A DNA stretch of 64,000 nt. It comes from an uncultured virus (IMG/VR IMGVR_UViG_3300046003_003079). Taxonomy: Duplodnaviria > Heunggongvirae > Uroviricota > Caudoviricetes > Crassvirales. The position numbers and the translations under genes were made by a program. This document shows positions 49,701 through 58,871 of this stretch, one piece after another. Below the pieces are notes generated by a model. That model had not been told where the DNA came from, searched no databases, and saw only the letters and a program-made list of their open reading frames with translations. Position 1 is the first letter of the stretch, and each line of letters begins with the position of its first letter. The stretch lies in the IMG/VR virus record IMGVR_UViG_3300046003_003079; one strand, given 5' to 3'.

Positions 49701-52700
49701 ACATTTGAAAATGTGAAAACTGGGGGGACTGGATTAAATCCAATGAAATTTACTCCAGAGCAACATAGAGAAATTGCGACTGCATTAAAAGAAGGAAGAG
49801 TTCCAAATGTATTTGGTTCACAATCACAAGCTGTAGAGCAAAACGAACTCACACTTGATAATTATTCAGACGTTGAGAAATCAATTGTAACGAACGATAA
49901 GGATGGTAGAGCTACGAATATAGCAAAAGCAGCTAGAGCTGTGCTTAAATCTCTTCCTAGTGCAAAAATATACCTACATAATACCACTGAAGAATATCGA
50001 GATGCAATCGCGAAGGCAGAAGGATCAGATCGTGAGCAGGTGGATATCGATGAGAATGGGGACCAGCAGTCAAACGGTACATACTTAAATGGAGGAATTC
50101 ATATAGACATGTCTAGAGCTGATGCGTCAACAGTATTCCACGAAGCATTTCATCATGCAGTTGTTACTACAGAAATGAAGAAAGAACTGATGCGTGACTG
50201 GGTGGATGGACTGAAGAAAATTGTATCAGATAAAGATCTTATTGCAAAGCTTGAAGGTTTTGAGTCCAGATACGATGGGGATGTGGATTCCGATAAGGCT
50301 GAAGAATTTCTTGCCGAACTAAATGCAATACTAGCTGAAGCAAAGACTGAATTAACAACTACTAAGCTGCAACAATTTAAGCAGTTAGTAAATTCTATTG
50401 CTAAAAAGTTAGGGCTTCCTGCTGTGTTTAAGGATTCAGATACTGCTCAAGAGGTTTTGAATTTTATGAACGACATGGCTAAAAACATGCGTCAAGGGAA
50501 GGAGATAAAAACTACTTCTGTAGTTGGAGATATTGCTTCTCGTAAAAAACGTATGTCTGAGCCAGTTGCTGGGAATAAATTATTCAGCGAGCCTCTTAAG
50601 GATGCATCTGTAATTGCAGAAAGATATTCAGAGAAATCTGGTATTGAGTATGTCGATCCAGCGAAAATCTCAAAACTTGATGAAAGCAATTCAAAAGCAA
50701 TTGCTGCTGAGTACGACAAAATGAAAAATGATCCTACTGATCCAGAAGTGAAAGCTGCGTATGACGCAATGATTAGTGAGACAATCGATCAATATGAAGA
50801 GATCATTAAGGATGGATATGTAATCGAAGTGAATAACAACGAGCCATACTCTAGTTCTGAAGAGATGATAAAAGATCTTCGTGATAATAAGCGAATGAAA
50901 ATATTCTCTACTGAGTCTGGATTTGGAGATGATCCAATTACTGATGAGCAGAGAGCAGAAAACCCATTACTTCAAAGAACTAAGTATTCAGATTCGAATG
51001 GAGTTCCATTACTAGCGAATGATATATTTAGATTTGTGCATGACTTCTTTGGTCACGCTAAATTTGGAAATGGATTTGGTCCAGTTGGGGAGGAAAATGC
51101 TTGGAGAATTCATTCAGTTATGTATTCTGAATTAGCCAGAAGAGCTGTTACTTCTGAAACGAGAGGTCAAAATAGCTGGGTTAATTTTAGTGGGGTGAAT
51201 GACGCTGCATTTAAACTGCGTGATAAAGCCAGAGAGTTACGTAAGCAAGGTAAAATTAATGAAGCAAATGAAATGGTTGGTCAAGTTTATGATCAAATGC
51301 AATTTGCTGAACAGAAGGTTGGATTAATGCCAGAGTGGGTATCAGAAACTGGGCCTCGTAAAAAACAAAAGTCAGGTAAGAAGCCACTTCAAAAAGCAAT
51401 CGATAAGTCATTCGCGAAGTCTACTAAAAAAGTAGTTATAAATGAGCGTGTTGCACTTAGAGATCAAATAAAATCAGAAGTGAAAGCTGCGCGTACAGCT
51501 GGCCTTGATAAGGTAAGAAAATTCAGAGCGATTGCTGGTGCAGTAAATGCAATGAAGCGTAATGGATCGATCACTTCGAAGCAAGCAATCACTATTGTAA
51601 ACAAGCTTGCAAAAGTTAATTTAGATAGTCCAGTAGCTACGCAGAAATTCATAGATTACGCATCGAAAGTATTCGATAATGCTGATTACAAACAGCAATT
51701 GTCTGATGCATTTAAGATTCAACGACAAATTAAAAACAAGTTAAAAAATGGTCAAGCATCAACTATTGCAGCAGCTAAGGCTTTTGCGTCAATCGATCCA
51801 CTTCTTGTGGATGACTTTAGTGAATACATGGAGTACGCGAACAGAGTGTATTCAGCTGTACGCTCATCTCGTACCACTAATTCAGCGGTAGAATTAAAGT
51901 CTGCTATGGATATCCAAGCGATTAGTGAATATACTGACGCTATGATTGAAGTACAGAATGAAAAAAGAAAGGAAGAAATTCTTGCAGTATACCAAGAACT
52001 AGTAGATGCTGGAGTTATATCTGAAGACATGTCTTTGAAAGATATTCAATCAGTAATAAATTCACTTAAGGACCCGTCCAATAAAGACATCCAAGAGGAA
52101 AGTATTCGTGCATTCATCAATGGAAGAATTGAATTATTAAATAATGATATCCAGTTCATCCTTAAGAATAGCATTGATCCATCTGGAGATAATTTAGAGA
52201 TCACTCCAAGACAGCGAGAACTTATTTCGAAACTGATTAAAATAGATGCGTCAAAACTTTCTATAAAAGAAGCGATTAGACTTGTTGAATTCATGGATAA
52301 CTTCACAGCTAATGGAGTAGTTGATGGGATTGAGGAGGTTAGTTCTATTTACGAAGGTAAAGAAGGCGCTGCTAGAATTAAGAAAGAAGGAATTGTAGCT
52401 AGGTCTTTGAAGACACTTAATGGAAAATTGAGTGGGTCCAAAACAAAAGCTTACGGAGGTGCTATTTGGGCGCAACAGATGATGACATTTGTTACTCTGA
52501 ATGACATGATGTTCAAGGGTGTTCGTAGAGCTGGGAAGGTTCTTACTGAGATGGGATTTTATGCCTTTTCCAATGGTGCCAATAAGGCGAATAATACTTG
52601 GAATAAGATTGTAAATGAATATTCTGACACATTCACTAAGCTAAAACCTAATGGAGAAAAATTTAACACAGCTAAAAATATCTATGAGCGCGGGATGTAT

Positions 52701-55040
52701 GCGTTCATTAATAGAACTGTAGCTGGTACTGAGGCTCAACAAAAAGAAGAGCTAGCAAGAAAGGTTGGATTGCTTAAGGAAAGTATCTCAAGACTTAAAA
52801 AGAAAGGGGATTTGAAGCAGCAGAAAATGGCTGACATCTACCAAGAGCTATTTGATAAGCTTGGTCTTGATGAAAACAATCTTATCATTTCTGATATTGA
52901 GTCTAGAATCGATCCAATAAATAAGGATGCTGTAAACTGGTGGATTGATGAATGGGGTAAGCACTACTCTGACCTTGCTGATGTAAGTTCAAGCGTGTAT
53001 AATACCATTCTTGGTAAAGATGTAAACTATACCCCAGATGCATTCTCAAAGATTACATCTACGGCTGACAATATTGAACAGATACTTGAGGATAATGGCG
53101 GAGCTTTTGCTGCATCACTTAACTACGTGTACGATAAAAAAGCTGGAGCATTAATGGAATCGAAGAAGTTATCTGGAATGGATATAGATAGATTCGTTAA
53201 TCTAGACTTTGATGCTGTAAATTCTCGTGCGGTTAAATCAGCATTAATTGATATCAATACTGCTGCAGCTACAAGACAGATTCAAGGATTTCTTTCTTCT
53301 GATGAGTGGAGCGAAATAATTCCAAGTAAAGAAGACAGGGATTTGTATGAAGCAAAACTTAAATCATACATTTTCAGATCTAGAAATAAAATGGCTGGAT
53401 CAGCTGACAAAGATTCAACACTTGCAACTATTGAGCGTATCACTAGAACTATGGGTCTTTTAGGTACAACTAAGGCATTAGGTGGAGTTCTTCAGTCAAT
53501 CAAGCAAACTGTTCCAGTTATGATTAATACTGCAATCAATACTGGAGAAACAATGAGAATTCTGACTCCATTTAAGGATAAGGATATTCATGACTGGATT
53601 GATAGAAGTGGGATGGCTATTTCGAATCGTGGAGCTGAATCAAGAACAAACATCGAGGCGGCCCATGACGTATTAGAGAAAGCATTTGAAGGGTCTGCAA
53701 TTGGAAGAGCTACTGAAGAAACATGGAAAGCTATTGAAAAAGCAAATACAATGTGGCTTAAAGTGTTCCTTGCTAATCCAGATGTTTGGGTAGCGAGAAG
53801 CGCATTCATTTCTTACTACAAGCAGGACTTGAAAAGACAAGGAATTGATGCAAGTAATATTGATTGGACTAATCACGAGATGAATACTGAGGCAGCAAAC
53901 TATGCTCAACACATGGTTGATCGCCAGCAGAACGTATCTGATACAAATCTTGGAGGTGAGTTGTTTACAAATGAAAACTTCTACGCAAAAATGCTTAAGA
54001 ATATTTTATTCCCATTTGCATCATTTGCTATAAACCAGAAGTCAAGAATGTATTCAGATGTCGCGACACTCACTTCAACTGATGGTTCATACGAGGATAA
54101 AGTAACAGCAATGAGATCTCTTGGAGGTGTTATTGTTGAGATGCTTGCTTACCAATCGTTAGGTGTAATGATCAGATATGCAATTATTACTGCAGTCAGA
54201 GAAGCACTTACTGGATATGAGCCAGATGAAGAAGAAAAGGATAAGTGGTTTGCAAATCAAGCAAAATACGCATCAAGACAAACAATAGTCGATCTTGCAT
54301 CTCCAGCTCCAATTGCTGATTACTGGGTGATTGAGGCGGTGAATAAAATGATCGGAGCAGTATCTGATCCATCTGATTCTACAATCCAAGATGCAGTAAA
54401 TGTTGAGAATGAAGCAAGAATGCTTAAAGGTGAAGACCCGCTTGATGGATACAAGAAGGATGAATGGATTGCTAACTGGAAGAAAGAACAAGTAAAAGAC
54501 AATCAGTTCTTAAATGATTCAGATATGTCATTCGGTACGCTTGGAATTATTGGCGATAAGGCTGGAAAACTTCTTGATATGATTGAAGTCGCCAATACTG
54601 GAGTACTTAACTATGAGTTTGCAGGACAGAAGCAAGAGAAATTCATTATGGAAAAAGATCGTGAAGCAGTTAAAACAATGATTCCATACATGGCGCTATA
54701 CGTGGCTGGATTCGCACCTAAAGAGGTGGAAGATGCATCGAGATATGTGATAGCTGACACTAAGAAAATGGGTGTTTCAATGAAAAAGGGAGTTACTTAT
54801 CAAGAAATTGTAGATTACAATAAAGGGAAAGAAGTTGATAAAATTCAAGCATTCTTGATTGATAAGATGAGAGGTACCGATGACATGAAGGCATCAGAAA
54901 GAATTATTGAGGAGATCGACTGGATCAATGAGAAAGGTGGATTAAGCAATGATAAGCAGATGGATAAATATATCGAAATCTACGAAAGAGATGGCAGCGT
55001 TGGAGCTACCGACATGGAGAAAATCCAGAAGTTAAAGTAA
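46743..55040 (+). CDS. Giant internal virion / polyvalent protein (2765 aa)
   Basis: Last gene of the structural arm; HEAFH...EEFLAE zincin-like motif (~50139) and RFVHDFFGH..GEENAW..H..ETRGQNSW domain (~51030-51190). Confidence 0.7.
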   Translation: MPVDYKEFAKTIKAKYPQYKDADDLTLAKKMVEKFPEYKDKVTFEPVKKKEKSESDSQSGASTSSSVTPSKQMPSPSGSSAQGYDPNKNLLKADQIAPKQESVSRTQVFTGYPTKEKNEYRVQDGIWQRRQPNESGWQNVLNEGSVNALNKQFNQKVAYSSAKEKYIGVTSSKKEVMDSKLTAINSKLIDKAEDEVVPKMKSLFPDFDFATSGTLTDEMKVIAPNGKTHTVSLDNFTYDSDKNEAVLLREFLRANSNDELNAAQKELNEAQKEAAVFDIPLFQPRITLGEGDERIITNPEDIKQAPKAEGNIMSANVRLDAATKAYAKETVQAFEDVMDRQVQAGKTSGKLDDEEARAAYAVLNHDWKTVKAYNDFSADMKSSADELTKQFTDFSTWVDGINARVKNGEISKEQYESEYLPQMQSGQEALRAKAVEIDADIKTSNNMYTSIERSSAENLVIQESRGSIGGGIAYNFTKGLTDIARLASMGAVSKDAQEDIVRSIVGQGTTAEYMSSDKRNDLTKVLFSLSQTLGQAATGGVLGGGASAASKAASFAPFYAGSYYEMRDQFDSPEFADVSDAQKILFSSLYGTASAVLEKYGLTKSIAKTPMGQGLTNRILNSAIKGLPKDATETQVRDAIENSVINKLKEAGVRTVSAAVIEGSTEAAQSATQITLKETFDLLNDNNYFDNGTGWDIAKQIATEAYLGAIGGGMMSVASSGTRIMADGINKSLNKGQMEMLDAISKLDGMDAAFDAHLKSKVISGEITPAEASEMNKSFREVKANMDKIPTDISIEKKSEAFDLMIERSKIEKEIEGKEDNLVVGQKERIKEINLSLQELSTAKAEPIEANDQVDVQINDQVVVDKPVIAKNATVEVERLKTLAPEVEDGATLNLDGSKYEGVGLVVPVDSINTTTEEITPEMIADFVESRQEMIGDAGVVKAGVYKFPNSNQVSIDLSVVVPETSREQAIEFGKLADQESLFDLGTFENVKTGGTGLNPMKFTPEQHREIATALKEGRVPNVFGSQSQAVEQNELTLDNYSDVEKSIVTNDKDGRATNIAKAARAVLKSLPSAKIYLHNTTEEYRDAIAKAEGSDREQVDIDENGDQQSNGTYLNGGIHIDMSRADASTVFHEAFHHAVVTTEMKKELMRDWVDGLKKIVSDKDLIAKLEGFESRYDGDVDSDKAEEFLAELNAILAEAKTELTTTKLQQFKQLVNSIAKKLGLPAVFKDSDTAQEVLNFMNDMAKNMRQGKEIKTTSVVGDIASRKKRMSEPVAGNKLFSEPLKDASVIAERYSEKSGIEYVDPAKISKLDESNSKAIAAEYDKMKNDPTDPEVKAAYDAMISETIDQYEEIIKDGYVIEVNNNEPYSSSEEMIKDLRDNKRMKIFSTESGFGDDPITDEQRAENPLLQRTKYSDSNGVPLLANDIFRFVHDFFGHAKFGNGFGPVGEENAWRIHSVMYSELARRAVTSETRGQNSWVNFSGVNDAAFKLRDKARELRKQGKINEANEMVGQVYDQMQFAEQKVGLMPEWVSETGPRKKQKSGKKPLQKAIDKSFAKSTKKVVINERVALRDQIKSEVKAARTAGLDKVRKFRAIAGAVNAMKRNGSITSKQAITIVNKLAKVNLDSPVATQKFIDYASKVFDNADYKQQLSDAFKIQRQIKNKLKNGQASTIAAAKAFASIDPLLVDDFSEYMEYANRVYSAVRSSRTTNSAVELKSAMDIQAISEYTDAMIEVQNEKRKEEILAVYQELVDAGVISEDMSLKDIQSVINSLKDPSNKDIQEESIRAFINGRIELLNNDIQFILKNSIDPSGDNLEITPRQRELISKLIKIDASKLSIKEAIRLVEFMDNFTANGVVDGIEEVSSIYEGKEGAARIKKEGIVARSLKTLNGKLSGSKTKAYGGAIWAQQMMTFVTLNDMMFKGVRRAGKVLTEMGFYAFSNGANKANNTWNKIVNEYSDTFTKLKPNGEKFNTAKNIYERGMYAFINRTVAGTEAQQKEELARKVGLLKESISRLKKKGDLKQQKMADIYQELFDKLGLDENNLIISDIESRIDPINKDAVNWWIDEWGKHYSDLADVSSSVYNTILGKDVNYTPDAFSKITSTADNIEQILEDNGGAFAASLNYVYDKKAGALMESKKLSGMDIDRFVNLDFDAVNSRAVKSALIDINTAAATRQIQGFLSSDEWSEIIPSKEDRDLYEAKLKSYIFRSRNKMAGSADKDSTLATIERITRTMGLLGTTKALGGVLQSIKQTVPVMINTAINTGETMRILTPFKDKDIHDWIDRSGMAISNRGAESRTNIEAAHDVLEKAFEGSAIGRATEETWKAIEKANTMWLKVFLANPDVWVARSAFISYYKQDLKRQGIDASNIDWTNHEMNTEAANYAQHMVDRQQNVSDTNLGGELFTNENFYAKMLKNILFPFASFAINQKSRMYSDVATLTSTDGSYEDKVTAMRSLGGVIVEMLAYQSLGVMIRYAIITAVREALTGYEPDEEEKDKWFANQAKYASRQTIVDLASPAPIADYWVIEAVNKMIGAVSDPSDSTIQDAVNVENEARMLKGEDPLDGYKKDEWIANWKKEQVKDNQFLNDSDMSFGTLGIIGDKAGKLLDMIEVANTGVLNYEFAGQKQEKFIMEKDREAVKTMIPYMALYVAGFAPKEVEDASRYVIADTKKMGVSMKKGVTYQEIVDYNKGKEVDKIQAFLIDKMRGTDDMKASERIIEEIDWINEKGGLSNDKQMDKYIEIYERDGSVGATDMEKIQKLK

Positions 55041-55043
55041 AAG

Positions 55044-55073
55044 AAAAACCCGCATAGTGATATGCGGGTTTTT
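55044..55073. terminator. Bidirectional terminator where the two arms converge
   Basis: AAAAACCCGCAT-agtgat-ATGCGGGTTTTT. Confidence 0.85.
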
Positions 55074-55107
55074 GTTAAACAACAGCTTAATTGTCTCACC
55101 GATTAAG

Positions 55108-55404
55108 TTAGTTTTTAATTACGATCCAATCTTCAGCAAGCATATCTGTTTGAGATGCTAGCCAACCCATTAATATCTTATTATCTGCTGTCTTCATTGT
55201 GATAACTGATAATACATCAGCAGATCCTCCATTTTGTTCTGCAAATGATTTGTTATGCTTATTCCAGAACTTATCCGAAGGTAATGCATCTGTTCCAACT
55301 AAAAGTGCTAACCACATTCCTTTACCGTTCCATCCAGAACGCGCTACTTTTTCTCCATTTTTTAAAGCCTCAATAGCTCCTCCAAATGTCATTTGATTTT
55401 CCAT
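55108..55404 (-). CDS. DUF2829 protein (Tad2-like anti-defence sponge family)
   Basis: MTFG.AIEALKNG.KVARSGWNGKGMW...GWLASQTDMLAEDW signature. Confidence 0.85.
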   Translation of the reverse strand: MENQMTFGGAIEALKNGEKVARSGWNGKGMWLALLVGTDALPSDKFWNKHNKSFAEQNGGSADVLSVITMKTADNKILMGWLASQTDMLAEDWIVIKN

Positions 55405-55424
55405 TTATATTTGATTTTAAATTA

Positions 55425-55667
55425 TTACTCCGTAAAATTAGCTTTTACTGCCCACATTGCAGCCTCTTCATAACTTGTCTGAGCAATTGAGATAACTCTA
55501 TGTTTTTCGGAAGAAATATAAGCGCCTTCTACTTCGTGAATCCTCATTTTTTCAACTAAATCAATCAATTCAGCTGATTTGTCTTTGATTTGACTCACCA
55601 AATCGCTTTTTGCAGGATTAAACTCTGCCTTTACTCGTTTTTGTCCTAATGTTTGAGACATATTCAT
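55425..55667 (-). CDS. Acb2/Tad1-like helical-hairpin protein (putative nucleotide-signal sponge)
   Basis: IKDKSAELIDL...R.ISIAQTSYEEAAMWAVKA motif. Confidence 0.6.
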   Translation of the reverse strand: MNMSQTLGQKRVKAEFNPAKSDLVSQIKDKSAELIDLVEKMRIHEVEGAYISSEKHRVISIAQTSYEEAAMWAVKANFTE

Positions 55668-55713
55668 TTAATTTAAATTATTACTAGACTATTAAGCCTG
55701 CCTAGTTTCGGCT

Positions 55714-56207
55714 TTATTCAATTATATAAATTCTTGTTGGACGCGTAAACTTATGGATTCCAGTAGCATTATCTACAGTGTAATCCTCAATATCGGATGA
55801 GTGAGGCTTATCACATTTAACTGCATAATGTATTTGGCATCCAGCAATTATAATGTGATTCTCTTCGCTTCCAATTCTTACATACCAGTTAGATGCATTT
55901 CTATTGGTCTTTATTCCAAGAATAGAGTCGTCCATAGTTTCAACTTCACCCCAAACGGCAGCATACTGCTTGCCATCTGGAGCTACAAACCAATTGTCAG
56001 TTGTAATTAAATACTTTCCTTTCATATTAACATCAAGTAAATAAATATTTTGTTAATCATTTCAGTTATCGAATATGTGATATGCACACCAAACAACGAA
56101 AGTGCAGTAAAAACTGTCCAAACTGTTAATTTGAATCTCAATGTTTCAGTCTTGTCGTGGATAATTAACGCTGTAAGCGTGATCCACAATAGTATAAAGG
56201 CCCACAT
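55714..56207 (-). CDS. Two small hypothetical genes (55714-56025; 56022-56207 membrane)
   Basis: ORF packing. Confidence 0.6.
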
Positions 56208-57364
56208 TAGTTAAAGAAATAAGTCTTTAAATGCTTTCTGTCTGAATACATATCAATATTCTGCAGTACAAATCCGCTGCGTCCCTTCTTAAAGTTTGTT
56301 TGAACCCACTCAGATGACGGACTGAATGCTGGAAAGTTGAAATAGTCGAATTCATCTGATGTGCACATGTCAAATAGACACTGATGCGAGTCTCCCTTGC
56401 TGAATTCTATGTACTTACACGCACGTAATTCATTATTATGACGAATGTATTGAGAAATCTTTTCTGTGGTTCTAGGATCAAGTTGAGGTTTAAACCCAAA
56501 CTTCATATTATGAGAATCCTTACCATGTGAGATAATGAATCCGTGATCTCCAATAATATAGAAGTTGATGAATTTTTGATGATTGATCACAATCACGTTT
56601 GGAAACTTGCAGTCAACAATTGCTTTGAATGCTGAGTTAAGAATATATGAAAAAGATCCTGAATGATTATCGTTGCATAGGTTGTTGCATGTAATATACT
56701 CAAAATGAGGGGCTAGCTTTTCGATCATATACAGTTTTGCGCGAAGTCCATTATCAAATGCTTCTTCATTAGTCATGTTCTGCGGAAGCTTATGACCTTT
56801 TCGAGTTGTTTCACCGTCCCATCCATCAAGATAATCTCCAAGTTCATCAATGATTAATGTATTGCTGGTCCTATTGTCGATAACAAAATCAACCATCATG
56901 TCTACACGCTTCATTAGCTCAACAGCATTCCATTCAGCATCATATAGTGCCAATCCCTTTCTTGATGCATCCATTCCAACATGCACGTCGGTCCAGATTA
57001 ATCGATCAAATAATTTTGTTTTTGGTGCTTTGACTTTCTTTACTGGCTTAAATCCAGCCATACATTCAGAAATGATTGCGTCGAAGTCGATTGATGATAC
57101 TTTGTAGTTTGGGTTTCTCACAAACAGGCTGGCCTCCTTTGTTTTAAGCCATAAGTAAGGCACATTTGTTACACTTACTTCTAAACTTTCGGCTGCACTA
57201 GCTATTCCTTTGTCGCCCTTCTTGGCGTAATGCCTGACTCTTAATCTGTATTTATCACTGTAAGGTTCTCCTAATTCCTTGCATGCATGCTTTGCGGCTG
57301 CCATTGCATTTTGGGAGACGTTATTATAGTAATCCATTGCTATTGTAGCAAAATCTCTACTCAT
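56207..57364 (-). CDS. Calcineurin-like metallophosphoesterase
   Basis: TDVHVG, LGDYLDG, NDNH, SHG and GDSH motif series. Confidence 0.75.
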   Translation of the reverse strand: MSRDFATIAMDYYNNVSQNAMAAAKHACKELGEPYSDKYRLRVRHYAKKGDKGIASAAESLEVSVTNVPYLWLKTKEASLFVRNPNYKVSSIDFDAIISECMAGFKPVKKVKAPKTKLFDRLIWTDVHVGMDASRKGLALYDAEWNAVELMKRVDMMVDFVIDNRTSNTLIIDELGDYLDGWDGETTRKGHKLPQNMTNEEAFDNGLRAKLYMIEKLAPHFEYITCNNLCNDNHSGSFSYILNSAFKAIVDCKFPNVIVINHQKFINFYIIGDHGFIISHGKDSHNMKFGFKPQLDPRTTEKISQYIRHNNELRACKYIEFSKGDSHQCLFDMCTSDEFDYFNFPAFSPSSEWVQTNFKKGRSGFVLQNIDMYSDRKHLKTYFFN

Positions 57365-58871
57365 GGTATGATTTTTTGATATCTAATAATGCTTTATTCA
57401 TTTTCTTGATAGATAGATCGATATCTTCGATACAGCCATCCATCATTGCTTCATAAAGCTCTGTCTTGATGTCATCCAGCTCGTCTATAGCTGAAGTGAC
57501 GTATGGTACGTTTACAATCATATACGGCAAATGTATAGATTATAAATGTAAGTGGCAAATAAAATTGAAATTAATTCAACACATCATCAAGCATTTGCTC
57601 GAACTTGCTTTTCTTTTTTCGTAAATCTACAGATCGTTGTCTTGTCTTTGGGTCTGTTGCAGCTAATTTATGATCAACAAGTCTATATCCGTTCATAACA
57701 ATTTTACCACCTATATTCTCATACTTGGGTATTGGATAAGCGCACAAGCAAATCCATTCCATAAGTCTTTCAGACACTATATCTTCAGCATAAGCTATAG
57801 GTTCCATTTTCTTGTAGTATGAAGCTGTTGAATGATCAACATGAAGTAGTTTTAATACATGCTTGTTTCTAGCTCCTTTATTGTACATTTCTACAGCTAT
57901 CTGGCGCTTCATTTCTGAAACCCAATCAGACACTCTATTTCCGTCGATCAGATCGAAATAGTATTTTATTTCTACTAATGCTTCTACGTCCAATTGCATT
58001 TTGTTGAGAGTTTAGGGTTATTAATCTTGTATGTCACATTGTATTTAGTCATGTCTTTTCCGCTTCCCTTATACATCCGAGTAACTGATTCCATAAATGA
58101 TTTATGATGGACTTCAAGTTGTTCATTCATCACTACTGGAAATCGTTCGTAATACTTGGATGACGGTAGAAGCCTACTCCCCTTTTTTATGGGAGTAAGC
58201 TTGATAGCTACCTCGGCTATGTAAACTGCATAACTCATTTGAATTTAACTGGGAATTTGTTTAAGTATTCAGCAACTTTTTCAAGATCTGCTAGTTTAAT
58301 ACATTTTCCATTCTCGTCCAATACTCTAATTTGGCTTATAACAATGCCAGTTCCTTTTACGAACTCATACCTTGTAATTTCAAGCGATGTAGGTGTTGGT
58401 TTTTGTAAATCCATAACTTCTATTAACAGTTTAACATTCGGATCATCTAAGACTCCCATTGTATTTTGATTTGATTAGGGCATTCAGATTCTAGTTCAAT
58501 CAACTTATCTTTGAGCTTCTGTATATTCCTATCGACTCTTCGTCTTTCAGCTTCCAAATATCGAATGGATTCTTTAGTGTCGCTGATCTCTCGGTTTATT
58601 TGCTCTCTAGTTCGCATATGATTGATCGTATTACTTTGAGCCTGTTTGCTCTTCCAGTCACAGTCATGCCGTGACATTTAGCGTCTTCTTTTTCCATTGA
58701 GTTTTTCATCAAAAATGAAATCATCTTTCTCTTTGGATAGTCAAGCTCCTTGAAGTATGTATTAAGACCATATCTCGTGCCTTTGTATCCAAACAATCTA
58801 CATTTCCATAGAGGTCTGCTCCAATCAGCTTCTGCTTTTCGCATTAACTTTAAAAATTCATCATGTTCCAT
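57357..58871 (-). CDS. Six small hypothetical genes (57357-57521, 57571-57999, 57984-58238, 58235-58459, 58447-~58617, 58596-58871)
   Basis: Overlapping co-oriented ORFs; 57357-57521 is below the track cutoff and has a TACATTTG promoter box. Confidence 0.55.

Noticed and set aside
16941..54502. Many short minus-strand ORFs inside groEL, terL, portal, capsid, tail and giant genes (and plus-strand ORFs inside the leftward arms)
   Set aside because: Fully nested antisense frames with low-complexity S/I/F-rich translations; 18788-19318 is the one minus-strand gene accepted in this span.
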